A stretch of 64,000 bases of DNA from an uncultured Nitrososphaerales archaeon (GTDB taxonomy: Archaea; Thermoproteota; Nitrososphaeria; Nitrososphaerales; Nitrososphaeraceae): contig CAWJCY010000006.1 in the NCBI GenBank assembly GCA_963841565.1, positions 160,001 through 224,000 on the forward strand, in the 5' to 3' direction. Within the stretch, counting starts at the first letter, position 1, and each line of letters begins with the position of its first letter. A program made the position numbers and the translations under genes. Shown here piece by piece: positions 1 through 10,954 of this stretch. The notes under the pieces are model-generated. The model did no database searches and was not told where the DNA came from. It was given only the letters and a program-made list of their open reading frames with translations.

Positions 1-88
1 TGGCTTCCAATCGTCCGAACTATTTTTTGTTCCCGACACAGATGGTAATCAATATCAATATATTGCCTTCCCAAAATCTCCAATTTAG

Positions 89-172
89 GCGGGGGTCGCC
101 TAGCCTGGTAGGGCGTGGGATTGCTAATCCCATGTTCGCAAGAACTCGTGGGTTCGAATCCCACTCCCCGCG
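89..172 (+). tRNA. tRNA-Ser(GCT)
   Basis: Cloverleaf with acceptor GCGGGGG/TCCCCGC, D-loop TAGCCTGGTA, anticodon arm TGGGA-TTGCTAA-TCCCA, long variable arm (GTTC-GCAA-GAAC), T-arm GTGGG-TTCGAAT-CCCAC and discriminator G. Confidence 0.95.
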
Positions 173-492
173 CTATTGCGGTTTGCATTATTGCAGTGCT
201 TCCTAAGTCTTAACATGAAGTCTAAATCCATCCCCAGTCAAGATAGCAAAGGGCAAGGCATATTGAAAATTTCTTCCAAGGGATCACATAATTAGCTTAG
301 GACCGGATGTAATCTCTTTAGAGCTTCTCTCATATACCATGGTATTTACTGATTGCTTTTGAAGGCCTTAAATTGGGTACATCGTTACATCTAATGGTAA
401 CCCTATAGTTAGCATATACACTGAGCACCAGTAAGGTGATGATCGAATCTCACTGACTCCTTTGGAAGACAATTAACGTGAAGTCATTCTAA

Positions 493-541
493 TTTTATTG
501 TTAGTCAATGTTTTTTTATTGTTAGTCAATGTTTTATTGTT
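493..541. repeat. Short tandem repeat, about 2.5 copies of TTTTATTGTTAGTCAATG
   Basis: Read directly; each full unit contains the palindrome ATTG-N5-CAAT. Confidence 0.8.
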
Positions 542-695
542 GTTTACCTCGGTGCAGGTTTTTCATTGAGTTTCACCATAAGGATTTATAGGGCTTATAT
601 GGGTGTATCCTGCAACAGTAATAGTACAGTCTCACTCCCTAAATATCGGGCATTGTTTAAATACTCAAACACTGCAATACAATTAACGAGAAGGG

Positions 696-1289
696 TTGAA
701 AGCGAGCGGGCATATAGATCAAAGAGTCTATATTCCATATTGTACACTTGCTGGATTTATAGCTGTATGGGCCATCTCTGGACTCCTCGTTGTTGTTGAC
801 CTAGTCTCTGGAACTCCTCCTGGAACATTCTTTGCCGTGATCGGAATTTCGTTAGGCTTCAACGATCCGACAGTTGCGCAATATGTAGGATTTGCCTTGC
901 ACTTGTTAACTGGTACCGTAGCAGGAAACATATTTGGACAAGCATCAACATATTGGAGGTGGATAGCACCACGCAACTATCGTCATGGAATAATTACTGG
1001 ACTAATAGTAGGAGCCGCATTATGGGCAGTATTATTTGTACCGGTTACCACATTTGGAATACAGCCTAGGCTTGATTCATTTTCCAACTCGGCGCCAAAT
1101 CAATACGTCTATGATATCTCTAGTCATTTCCAATCATTGTACCCAGTTATTGTTGGTGGTTCATTAGTATTTCATCTTATCTACGGTTCTTTATTGGGAT
1201 TTATAGCTGGACGGATGAAAGAATTAGGAACCTTTCTAAAGAAAGACATTCATCGAGCGACCTTTCACCTGACTATGAGCACAGATTAA
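696..1289 (+). CDS. Hypothetical integral membrane protein (about 4 TM helices)
   Basis: 197-aa ORF with four hydrophobic segments, two of them containing His (ALHLLTG, VFHLIYG). Confidence 0.75.
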   Translation: MKASGHIDQRVYIPYCTLAGFIAVWAISGLLVVVDLVSGTPPGTFFAVIGISLGFNDPTVAQYVGFALHLLTGTVAGNIFGQASTYWRWIAPRNYRHGIITGLIVGAALWAVLFVPVTTFGIQPRLDSFSNSAPNQYVYDISSHFQSLYPVIVGGSLVFHLIYGSLLGFIAGRMKELGTFLKKDIHRATFHLTMSTD

Positions 1290-1492
1290 CAATAACATTA
1301 CCATTGTCAGTGGTTCATTGAACACCCTACTAGCTGAATAAGAAGGATTTTTTCATTTATGACTGAATCAATTCTCGACCACTTTGCTATTTGTAGAACT
1401 AACGAATAATGTGGATATTGGCGTAGATTGATTGTCGTATGACATCGGATAGTGTAAGTAGATTAAATAGCATAAATTACTAGTAATCTGGA

Positions 1493-2215
1493 ATGCATTA
1501 CTGGGTGGGTTCACATTGTCTTGTCACGGATAGCGAGAAGGGTAATTCGAAGAAGATTAGATCCTTCTTCCCATTGGGAGTAATATCTGTCGCAGACAGA
1601 ATTACAATCGTTAGTGAGATGGTGAATAACATTCCCGACAAATCATGGATGCTCTATCTCTTGGAAATTTTTAACACGCAGGACATCGCATTAGAACTAA
1701 ACCTCATCTGCCAATTCGACGGTCAGGACTATTTTGAGGCGATATTTCGAGGAGTTAATCAGTATAGGTTCGTGCACGTTCTTCCAGTTATTGGTCACAC
1801 TTACAATCGCCAGATATTTCTTGGTTCTCAGAAACAAATAATCAGATACGCTTTGACAGATAAAGAAACTGGACAAAATGAAACCTACGACCTCTCTGCG
1901 AAGAATGTCGCTGGATTTGATTTTCGAGGCTCAAGACAATTCACAGGAATAGAATGGTGGAATAAAATGAAGAATTCACCATATCCAATAAAGTATGAAG
2001 TAGAAATTTCCCAGTTATTGTTTGGACTTAGTGATAATTCTTCCGATGCATATTCAACTACCTTCTATCCCTATAACGCCTTGCTGCCTAATGACGATGG
2101 CTCAAGGGCCTTGTATCCCGTTTCGATGCAAAACCTGAAAATCAAAGATGATGGGTGTATATCTTATCATATTACTTCTGGTAGCTGCGGTACAGGGATA
2201 CGCTACGGCTGCTGA
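1493..2215 (+). CDS. Hypothetical protein
   Basis: 240-aa ORF with a TATA-like element upstream; no family recognised. Confidence 0.7.
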   Translation: MHYWVGSHCLVTDSEKGNSKKIRSFFPLGVISVADRITIVSEMVNNIPDKSWMLYLLEIFNTQDIALELNLICQFDGQDYFEAIFRGVNQYRFVHVLPVIGHTYNRQIFLGSQKQIIRYALTDKETGQNETYDLSAKNVAGFDFRGSRQFTGIEWWNKMKNSPYPIKYEVEISQLLFGLSDNSSDAYSTTFYPYNALLPNDDGSRALYPVSMQNLKIKDDGCISYHITSGSCGTGIRYGC

Positions 2216-2259
2216 TGATATCATACTGAGGTTCTATTTATAAGCGAACTTGACCCAGT

Positions 2260-2859
2260 TTACTCCATAAAGTCAAGACATACTACGTAAAGCTCGCTGC
2301 TTTCCTGTCTGCTGGCAGGAGGCTTGCTAAGCTTTACTAAAGCAAAGTGCTCCGCAAGCTCGTCTACAAAGGATCGTGTTGAAATACCCTGAAAAATCTT
2401 ATAAACAGCATTTCCGCCACCCTCGAGGATTTTTGTAGAGACATGTAGGGCATGCTTCGTAAGAGAAATTTGTCTTTCATGATCAATTTCCCAAATTCCA
2501 CTTACGTTGGGTGACATGTCACTAAGCACAACATCAAATTTTTCACCAGGGCCAATAGTTTGGAGAAGAATTTGAGTTAGTTGCGGATCGTCTATACTTC
2601 CCTGGATAAATCTTGTGCCCGCCAACGGACTTATTTCCTTAAGATCCATTCCCAAAACAAAACCGGATTGACCGACTAATTGACTTACCACCTGAATCCA
2701 CCCCCCTGGTGCGCAACCAAATTCAACCACTTTATCAGATTTCTTGATTATTTTGTAAGACTTGTTGAGCTGAAGGAGTTTGAAGGCAGCCCTACTACGA
2801 TATCCTTTCTGTTTTGCTAATTTCCTATATTGATCTTTCTTGGCTTTGGTCAGCTTCAT
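2260..2859 (-). CDS. rlmE: 23S rRNA 2'-O-methyltransferase RlmE/FtsJ
   Basis: GYRSRAAFKL, VVEFGCAPGGW and VLSDMSP motifs, plus SRQESSELY. Confidence 0.95.
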   Translation of the reverse strand: MKLTKAKKDQYRKLAKQKGYRSRAAFKLLQLNKSYKIIKKSDKVVEFGCAPGGWIQVVSQLVGQSGFVLGMDLKEISPLAGTRFIQGSIDDPQLTQILLQTIGPGEKFDVVLSDMSPNVSGIWEIDHERQISLTKHALHVSTKILEGGGNAVYKIFQGISTRSFVDELAEHFALVKLSKPPASRQESSELYVVCLDFME

Positions 2860-3284
2860 TATATTATGATGTTAGAGAATCAAAGCATGTACAAGAATAT
2901 AATTGATGCTGTCCCAAAGATGTAAAAACATGACAATACATGATACAGTTAAAGCAATCAAAAGTAGAAAGCGTTTGTTTACCTAATCCGACAGATTGGT
3001 CTCTCCAACGGTAATCTTATTAATCAATATTAAGTCGTTGTGATGCAGATTCAATACTGAACTAATAGTACCCAAGTCAACTACATTACTTGAATGCATT
3101 AACCTAACGAACTCAACCTAAAAATCTGGTTCGGCATTAAACATCTAAAAATCATGAATGCAGGATTCACCAAACAGATTTGAAATGCTTGAATGAAAAG
3201 AGTACGCCGCTATCTTGGAGAAAAATATCAAAATTACACCATAGTGAATTATGTGTCATCTAAGCCGATTATTCAGCTATAATC

Positions 3285-3590
3285 TCAAACGTTATTAAGA
3301 TAACCATCCTGTTGTAATTTCTCCGCATGCGCTCTAATATACCTCCATACTACGTCTGCTTTTGACGCTTGAAAATCCCATGGAGCTACCAAAACAACAT
3401 CATTATCTCTAATCCACATTCTTCTCTTTATTTTTCCACTAATACGACATACTCTTACCTGTCCATCTGTACACTTGACGACCACATTGTCTCCACCTAC
3501 GAGCTTAATAACCCTGCCCAGTAACTGTCCATCCTGTGGAAGAACCAATTCCTTCAAATGAGATTCGCTCAGTACTTTCCTTTTGCCTAT
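3285..3590 (-). CDS. eif1a: Translation initiation factor aIF-1A; conserved N-terminus begins at an ATA codon (3590), first canonical start is TTG at 3557
   Basis: GKIKRRMWIRDNDVVLVAPWDF signature; in-frame upstream GKRKVLSES matches the family N-terminus. Confidence 0.93.
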   Translation of the reverse strand: MGKRKVLSESHLKELVLPQDGQLLGRVIKLVGGDNVVVKCTDGQVRVCRISGKIKRRMWIRDNDVVLVAPWDFQASKADVVWRYIRAHAEKLQQDGYLNNV

Positions 3591-4189
3591 TTTTAAGACC
3601 TACCTATATTACCCCGGCGAACATGTAATAAAAACGTATCATTTAAGGGAAAAGCATATCAGGTTTGGGATAAAACTTGGCTATAGAAAGAATTGCCGAC
3701 TATTACTTTTAATAAGAGATATCCTGTTCTGGTAATAATACTGAGCTAATTTATTTACGGAAAATAGTAATAAAAATACATTGACTGTATTGCTTCAACC
3801 TCCTTAGTAATGACTCTATAAATACCTTGTAAGAAGTCTCATGTTTTAAAGTAATGTGTATACCAAGATTTCTTCCTACATCCTCAAAGACCGCCGCAAT
3901 GGATAGCAGTCTAGATATTCTATATTTCCTATAGACAATAAGCTAGATAAAAAAATTGTATATAGAAAAAAGTATCGATTGTATTTTTCATTCTATTTAT
4001 TTTAAGAAACAATTTAGAAACGGTCAAAATATCTCGAACGCCTCTAACTCTTGTGAATCTCATTTTGCACCAAATTATTTCTGCATCTATTCTCACAACC
4101 GGCGTGATATAATTTCAAAGATCGTTACTGCATATTGCACCCTTACTTCCATTGTTTCACCTTAGCTGTAAAATATTACAGCGATCTAG

Positions 4190-4459
4190 TTAATCTTCCA
4201 CTTTCATATTGTCCATTGGTATCATTCTTTCCATACCACTATAAAGCTCTAGATATCTTTCGCCTTTATGAGTTATCTGATATGTTTTTCTATCTTCATC
4301 ATATTTCACAAGCCCATTATCTAACAATTCTGCAAGATATTCCCTCAATTGATTGGTTGACAAATACGCTTTAAACATGATCTTCGTCTTACTCGTCCCT
4401 CTACCTTGAGCAGCTTCCAAGATCATCGCAATAATGTCATTTCTAGCCCTATTCTTCAC
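4190..4459 (-). CDS. Small winged-helix DNA-binding protein (Nitrososphaera-expanded family)
   Basis: R-x-R-x-DII start, KTKIMFKAYLS, YQITHKGERYL wing. Confidence 0.85.
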   Translation of the reverse strand: MKNRARNDIIAMILEAAQGRGTSKTKIMFKAYLSTNQLREYLAELLDNGLVKYDEDRKTYQITHKGERYLELYSGMERMIPMDNMKVED

Positions 4460-5039
4460 TGCAATTCCCTAAACTATATTCACGCAATATATTTATGGAG
4501 GACTAATGCATCATCTAAAAATAAAATAGGTACGAATTCTACTATCAACTAATTAAACGTGGGTAATTAAAGATTATCACCTAACATTTATTGTTTTATG
4601 GATTTTGCCTTAATAATTTGGATCCGCCAATACTTTCTTCAATATGGAATCCAATAATCCCAAAATCCGAATCAGTGCTCATCTTAATAGAGCGCGGGAG
4701 TTCTGCAGGTCTAATGTTTTGAGCAGATGTGGGGGTAGTAACTAGTACAATATGGATCCTATCTGTCCTTTAATGGTACAATAGATGATTTCGAATCGAA
4801 TTTGCTATCCTTAGAGCATCCGGATGCACTAGGCTCCAGACTATTTCAATTTCCAGTCCTAGTGAACTGATTGACCAACTAACTAGTGAATCATAAATTA
4901 TTTGGCAGCAAGCAACATTATCTCTTCGTGATAGTTTAGTATTCCCCATAATGATATAGGTCCTGAGATTGGTAACTCTGTAGTCCATATAAAAGTGTAG
5001 AGGCAACCTATAAATGACGAATAGTAGATGTTCAATTGA

Positions 5040-5612
5040 ATGCCACAGCCTCACTTCACAGATGGAAATCTCATTATTCTCTTTGGTGTACATACTGAGG
5101 GCGAGGCAGCTGAAACTGTTCCAAATTATGTCGAAGAACGAATAAAAGTCTGTGTTGATTTGTATCGTATTGTTACGACTTCTAAGCCTGATCGTAACAA
5201 TACGCTGATACTAGTCGTTGTGGACACCAGCACTGGCTTGGCCATAAAAAAGATGCTAGTTGAAGGTGGAATTAAAGAAGATCTAATATTATTTGCTGAC
5301 TCGCCTAGGACCGTCGAGCAATCATTTGATTATGTGCTCAGATTCATAAAAAAGCGGGCGAATCCCCCGTATATGTACTTCGTTGGATCGGTGTGGCAAA
5401 AGGATATTTATGATTCCGCCATTCTTTCACAAATGAAAGATTATCAGGTAAGATTTGAAGGTGCTCCAGACCACAGACCAGTGGATAGTGTCGCCAGAGA
5501 AAAAGCACTGAACACACCAACAAGAGGTATTGGATATTACAAAGACAAACTAAAGAATAAAGCCGTCGACATGGTTATCAACTACGTATTTCCCGATGAT
5601 AAGAATAAGTAG
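5040..5612 (+). CDS. DUF218/YdcF-like protein, degenerate
   Basis: Motif order IILFG...ERIKVCVDLY...GIKEDLILFADSPRTVEQ...YFVGS resembles DUF218. Confidence 0.6.
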   Translation: MPQPHFTDGNLIILFGVHTEGEAAETVPNYVEERIKVCVDLYRIVTTSKPDRNNTLILVVVDTSTGLAIKKMLVEGGIKEDLILFADSPRTVEQSFDYVLRFIKKRANPPYMYFVGSVWQKDIYDSAILSQMKDYQVRFEGAPDHRPVDSVAREKALNTPTRGIGYYKDKLKNKAVDMVINYVFPDDKNK

Positions 5613-5707
5613 GGTGTCGTCGCTAGACCAGTTTATTCTCGTTCACCGGCCACAACTTGGGCGGGATTGAATTATCAAGACTGTTTGCTGATGTCATTTC
5701 GTTTCTG

Positions 5708-6214
5708 ATGTCTATAGTTATCCTCTTTTGTGGCTTGCCCGGAGTAGGCAAGACGACTCTCGCTAGGTCAGTAGCATCGAGAACAGGGGCTACCATATTA
5801 TCTTCTGACAAGATACGGAAAGAGCTAATAAAATATCCTACCTATACAAGGGCTGAAGGTCGTTTAATATATGAAGTGTTGATGTTATTGACTAAATATT
5901 TGACTGACGTCGGAATCGACTGTATCGTTGACGCAACATTTAACAGAGAACGATCTAGAAAGGAAGTTGGAAATAGGCTTTGTTCAAACAATGTGCAGCT
6001 GTATGTGATTGAATGCACTTGTCCAGAAGAGGTTGTACTAGAACGATTGAGAAATAGGAAAAATGACTTCTCTGATGCAGGTTATTCAGTTTATTCCAAA
6101 ATGAAGAGCATATATGAACCTGTCCGGGGACGGCATCTAGGTATAGATACTAGCCTACCATGTGAGGTAAACCTGCAAAAGATTCTATCGTATGTATTTG
6201 ACGCAGTACAGTGA
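5708..6214 (+). CDS. P-loop small-molecule kinase (AAA_33 family)
   Basis: Walker A GLPGVGKT, then SSDKIRKEL and IVDATF; ATG at 5708 preferred over TTG at 5657. Confidence 0.85.
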   Translation: MSIVILFCGLPGVGKTTLARSVASRTGATILSSDKIRKELIKYPTYTRAEGRLIYEVLMLLTKYLTDVGIDCIVDATFNRERSRKEVGNRLCSNNVQLYVIECTCPEEVVLERLRNRKNDFSDAGYSVYSKMKSIYEPVRGRHLGIDTSLPCEVNLQKILSYVFDAVQ

Positions 6215-6501
6215 TAGAAAAACTTCTAGGAATTTTCTTCATTATCGTCGGAAAGCATACCAGTACTTGATATATACCTGGGCAATAAAACTAGAAGAGA
6301 TTACGGAATTATACTGGGTCTTTAGTTCGTGGGTCACTAAATTCTCCTATTTGTTGTCACCGAGTGAATTGACTCATCCTTAATGTTTTCTGGTCCAAAA
6401 GGCGGATATCTTAGCCAATGACACATCAACAAATGATGGGTCAACACCCCCCAGTAAAGTGAAGTGAAGAAGATAACAGAAATAGAAAACTAGGCTTGAT
6501 T

Positions 6502-7006
6502 TTAATCTATTTCGAGGTCCCTTTCTTTGAGTTCTTGGTCATCCAGTTTCTTGAGCTCAGAAACGAGAAATTCTCGATATTTACCCTTTTCCTGTTCCGT
6601 CATCTTATCCAAGTTTGAGCTAAGAGCAGTGCCTATGGCAGAAGCTCTATCGATAAGGTCCAATGCCATAAATTTGCCTACATTTCCGAAGCGCAACATT
6701 ACATCTAACTGCTTTTGTATTATGTTATTTATCGACTCTACGTCCGAAGCCATTTCTAGCCCCTTCAAAGTTATTCTGTACCTACCATTTTCTGCCTCTT
6801 CAATTAGTCCTTCTTCCAATAGCCTACCTAGCATTGGATAGATAAGGCCAGGGGAAGGCCTCCACTTTCCATCGCTCTGGAGGACTGCCCTGTCAATAAT
6901 TTCTTTTCCAGTCATAGGAGCATCCTTAAGCAAATTTAATACATAATGTCTCGAGAAACCACGAGGAATCGAGTCTGCCTACCCTAGAAATCCAATTCGA
7001 TAGCAT
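6502..7006 (-). CDS. PadR-family transcriptional regulator, with a +1 frameshift near 6975
   Basis: WRPSPGLIYPML and YRITLKG motifs; removing one base joins MLSNWISRVG to SIPRGFSRHYVL. Confidence 0.85.
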
Positions 7007-7099
7007 ATCACTAGTAATATCGCTAGAGACATATTTAAGCCTTATGAGTCATGGTTCTATTAACTTCATGGGCCCTACAACAGGCTGTTAACTGTCGGG

Positions 7100-7849
7100 T
7101 CATGAAGACAATTTACGAGTTTGTCTCTCATGTCTTCTGAACATCTTAAATGCATCTTTTTTTATCTCTGCGAATAATTCCGGCTTGTTATCAGGTCTGA
7201 CCTCATAGTCGACTTTTTTTCCATCTTTTCTCTCATCATCTGGTATGAACCATATATGCGGTGGATTTTTCTCTATTCCGACAGCAGAATGGAGTTTATT
7301 ATCTTCGATATGTTTGATGATAAAATAGCCTAATACTGCAACCTCTTTCATGGTGATTTCGGGGTACCAGAGTTTGTCTAGAAATTCTCTGGCAAAAATT
7401 CCACCAATACCAAGAGTATGAAATCCATCTATCAGGCGTTTTACCCCAGCGCCCATAATCCACGTTAGTGTAGACGGCTTATCTGGATGTCTAATAGCAA
7501 CGAGCAACTCCAAATAGTATTTTTTCATAAAATCGCGTTTTTTATTTATGTCTAGGACTATATCGCTCAGCATGAGAATAATGTTGTCGTAAGTTATTTC
7601 ATGATGATTTTCATTGTCATTCGCAATCATTTCTCGGATGCTCTTTCTGACCTGTTCAACTACATTCTCTCGGAATAGCTCGAATGAATCTGTAGAACCA
7701 GATGAACCAAAGATTACGCCATCCAAAATACCAAATAACTTATTCCTGTAATCAAAACTTATGGATTCATACTCGTTAGTGGACGTGATTTTCATATCTG
7801 CTACTAAAACAACTCCGTCTTTACAGCGTGAACCGAGAACAAATGTCAT
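7100..7849 (-). CDS. Proteasome beta-like Ntn-hydrolase
   Basis: M-TFVLGSRCKDGVVLVAD start giving Thr1 and Asp17, followed by NKLF (Lys33 equivalent), GSSG and TLGIGG. Confidence 0.75.
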   Translation of the reverse strand: MTFVLGSRCKDGVVLVADMKITSTNEYESISFDYRNKLFGILDGVIFGSSGSTDSFELFRENVVEQVRKSIREMIANDNENHHEITYDNIILMLSDIVLDINKKRDFMKKYYLELLVAIRHPDKPSTLTWIMGAGVKRLIDGFHTLGIGGIFAREFLDKLWYPEITMKEVAVLGYFIIKHIEDNKLHSAVGIEKNPPHIWFIPDDERKDGKKVDYEVRPDNKPELFAEIKKDAFKMFRRHERQTRKLSS

Positions 7850-7889
7850 CTTATACGGATGAGTAAGATATTGCGTCAGTGTATATTCA

Positions 7890-8153
7890 TTACTGGTTAA
7901 CATTTTCGCGAAGTTTAGATGCGTTTTCGATTAGAGTTACCCATTTATTATCACCCTCAATCTTCACTCCGCATTTCTCAGCTGGCGTCGCATTTCCAAT
8001 GCCTTCATGCGGCCTGAAATAGTTGTGATACATTTGGTAGCCAGGTAGAACAGATGTATTCATCTTTTTCAATCCCCTCATAACTTTCTCACGGTCGCGA
8101 ACTTCACCGTTCAATCTTAACATATAATCAATGTTCTGGTCCGTATATTCCAT
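7890..8153 (-). mobile_element. C-terminal remnant of a DDE transposase/integrase (IS6/IS240-like)
   Basis: RLNGEVRDREKVMRGLK...YHNYFRPHEGI...TPAE...WVTLI; catalytic N-terminal part is missing. Confidence 0.8.
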
Positions 8154-8290
8154 TACGCCCTCGATATTTCGTACTATGCACTATGTTATTGAATACTGAA
8201 ATTGAATGCCCAACAGACAGCTATTATTGTCCAAATTGTGCATTGCATCATGGTCGGTCCCTTAAATAGTAGACTGGCAGGATACTGGGC

Positions 8291-8959
8291 GTGCTCTTCG
8301 GTTCTAAAACTAAGAGAGTAATAAATATCGACGCGGAACCTAAAGTTACAACAATACCGATCAAGGACGAAGATGAATTGTACAGAATCACAGAGATAAG
8401 TAGTATGTTAGACATAAATGAAAAAATCCTGTTAGTTATAACCCAGAGCAAGGTAAGACTAGTTGGTCTACCAATCAATTCTTACGTTATTTATGCTACT
8501 GACAGGAGAATAATTATCCGAGATATCTCATTACATGGATTAAAGGAAGACACCATTGGAATACCATACTCAATAATTACCGACATCAACTACAAGGAAG
8601 GATTTATTTCCGCTTGCATCAGGTTGACAGTGAATCGAATTCAAGGTGACCATGAATCAACTGCACTTGATCAGTACGGAACAACCAGGAACGGGTTTGA
8701 ATGGATAATTGAGCATATTCCTAAGAGTAAGGCCATTTTCCTAGTCAAAATAGTCAGAGCCATGATAAGTAAATGGGAGTTCCTGTCGGAAGAGCATCAA
8801 TCGGTCACCGATGCAAATGAACATATTGTTGTCCCATCCCCTATACTGGATTCACCAGCCGATGAGCTCTTCAAGATAGCTAGACTGAAAAGCGAAGGTG
8901 TAATAAATGAACAAGAATTCGCTCGGCTAAAGCAAAATATAATAGAACGTATTCACTGA
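8291..8959 (+). CDS. Bacterial-type PH domain protein with C-terminal SHOCT domain
   Basis: YATDRRIII...IPYSII (PH) and ADELFKIARLKSEGVINEQEFARLKQNI (SHOCT). Confidence 0.85.
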   Translation: MLFGSKTKRVINIDAEPKVTTIPIKDEDELYRITEISSMLDINEKILLVITQSKVRLVGLPINSYVIYATDRRIIIRDISLHGLKEDTIGIPYSIITDINYKEGFISACIRLTVNRIQGDHESTALDQYGTTRNGFEWIIEHIPKSKAIFLVKIVRAMISKWEFLSEEHQSVTDANEHIVVPSPILDSPADELFKIARLKSEGVINEQEFARLKQNIIERIH

Positions 8960-8978
8960 GTTTGCCTCAACTCAGTGT

Positions 8979-9806
8979 TTAGTTTCTGAGAGGCGATGAC
9001 ATTACTATAGGAATACTACTGTACGAATTACTTGTGTCCGCTTTGGGATTATCAATGCTATCACCTAAACTCGAACGTTCATTTGTTAACATGGGATCTT
9101 GATGGTTATCCTGTTGGCGTAGAGCGTTCTTCGGTAGCACTGGCTCTTCTATATCATGAACCCCATTCGATACTGTTTGGTTATTCATGGATAGTGGTTG
9201 TTGATTGCTTTGCCACGGCCTCTCTAAAGAATTATCGATAGCAATCTTCTCTTCTAGTGGCTGTTCGATAGCTAGAGGCTCATACTGTGGATATTCATCA
9301 ACATATATTTTCCCGACGTCATTGCCTTGAGTATCGTTACTAACACTAGTACCAGTATCGTTCTGACCTACACTTTCAACTCCTTTAGGTGTGATTAAGG
9401 AGCTATTGGTCAGTAACGCTTGAAGCTGCTCTTCATTGATTACCATTTCAGGATTAACTGACAATGGCGGATAACTACTGCTATTTGTAGAACTTGTAGT
9501 ATTTGTAGCATTATTAGTGCGAGTACTGTTTGTAACGTCCCAAACATAAGGTGAAAGTTCTTCGTCCTTCATAACCATCTGACATATTGTCATATTATAT
9601 TGGTAGTTAGGTGAACATACATTCAAGTCTCCTTTTAGTATCCTGAAAAACATTGTATCTGATGATGGTTTATCTCCGCCTCCATGCTCCGTAAAGGCTA
9701 ATACACTGTAATTTGGCATCATCATAATAAGAAAAAATGCAACTGTCGAGGCTGCAATGATGTATTTATTGCTTGCCAGTCTTCCTCCGATCACTAATCC
9801 CTTCAC
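8979..9806 (-). CDS. Hypothetical secreted low-complexity protein
   Basis: N-terminal hydrophobic signal, S/T/N-rich body with many N-x-S/T sequons. Confidence 0.65.
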   Translation of the reverse strand: MKGLVIGGRLASNKYIIAASTVAFFLIMMMPNYSVLAFTEHGGGDKPSSDTMFFRILKGDLNVCSPNYQYNMTICQMVMKDEELSPYVWDVTNSTRTNNATNTTSSTNSSSYPPLSVNPEMVINEEQLQALLTNSSLITPKGVESVGQNDTGTSVSNDTQGNDVGKIYVDEYPQYEPLAIEQPLEEKIAIDNSLERPWQSNQQPLSMNNQTVSNGVHDIEEPVLPKNALRQQDNHQDPMLTNERSSLGDSIDNPKADTSNSYSSIPIVMSSPLRN

Positions 9807-10203
9807 AAATTCGGTTCTTCATTCTGTGCTTAAATGAGCTTGCGAAGTATATCGTATTGTATTATCCAATTGCAATTTGACCCTAATATTTGCTGAGAAT
9901 TATGTCTATTAGCAAACGAAATAAGACGTGATACGTACATTGTTCCATGCTAAAGTCTAAATTAATTGGTATTACTTGCAGGAACGATGGATATTGAAGA
10001 GAATAACTCCAAAGTTCTCCATCTACACACATACTCACAACTAATCAAGCTTGCCCCTAGGCTAGATTTACCACAAAGGCACAGGATAATACTCCCGGGA
10101 TCTTAAAAATCTAACATAATAAAAAAATAAAGCATAGATCAAGTACTCACTTTGATTCACCTTAAATACTCAACAATCACCATGATGTTGACAGAACAAG
10201 AAT

Positions 10204-10500
10204 ATGAAGTATAGATGCAGAACTGACATTATTGGACTTATATTGAACGCGGCCAATGCAATTGGCGGGGAATCCAGATCGCACATTATGTACAAGAGTC
10301 TCGTCAACTATAATCAGCTCAAGGATTACCTTATTTTTCTACAACAGCAAGAATTAATAGAATATGATAGATCTGCCAGAACCTATAGGACAACAGTAAA
10401 GGGACGAGATTTTCTGGAGTTGCAGAGAGACATGGGTGAAATGGCCCGCCTTTATGGCGGAAGCTATGATTTATCCCAGCCTTCCCGGCAACAAGCATAA
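10204..10500 (+). CDS. Small winged-helix DNA-binding protein, paralogue of 4190-4459
   Basis: MKYRCRTDII...IMYKSLVNY...YRTTVKGRDFL. Confidence 0.85.
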   Translation: MKYRCRTDIIGLILNAANAIGGESRSHIMYKSLVNYNQLKDYLIFLQQQELIEYDRSARTYRTTVKGRDFLELQRDMGEMARLYGGSYDLSQPSRQQA

Positions 10501-10603
10501 GCATCTGGTCCACTAGAAGCTTACCATTGCATTGGAAGGAGTCTTAACAATCCGGCCGACACAAGAAAAGATAGCAATTATATACTAAATAAGATAGAGT
10601 TTT

Positions 10604-10954
10604 TTGGAAATGGATTTGGGGAGCAGTGACAAAATTGAAGAAATTTCAAAATCAACTGAGGAGAAATGGTCAAAATGGCTTGATTTCAATCGAGAAACTA
10701 TCAGCTCTATTGTACCCGAAGAATCAGGATTGTTCAAAGTTCATGCTAGTATGAAAATATTGTACATAGGAATATCCCAGAACCTCAAAGCAACCTTGTT
10801 AAATTCCATTTTAGATCCTTGCATAGGCAAGGGACAAAGATTCAGTTATATGGTTAATCATGGAACCTTAGAAAATTTGAAAACGGAACTGCTGAAAGAT
10901 TATACCCTTAGGCATAACGGGTCGCTGCCAGCTTGCATGGAAAGTGTGATGTAA
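10604..10954 (+). CDS. Hypothetical protein, GIY-YIG-like
   Basis: SGLFKV...ILYIGISQNL pattern. Confidence 0.6.
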   Translation: MEMDLGSSDKIEEISKSTEEKWSKWLDFNRETISSIVPEESGLFKVHASMKILYIGISQNLKATLLNSILDPCIGKGQRFSYMVNHGTLENLKTELLKDYTLRHNGSLPACMESVM

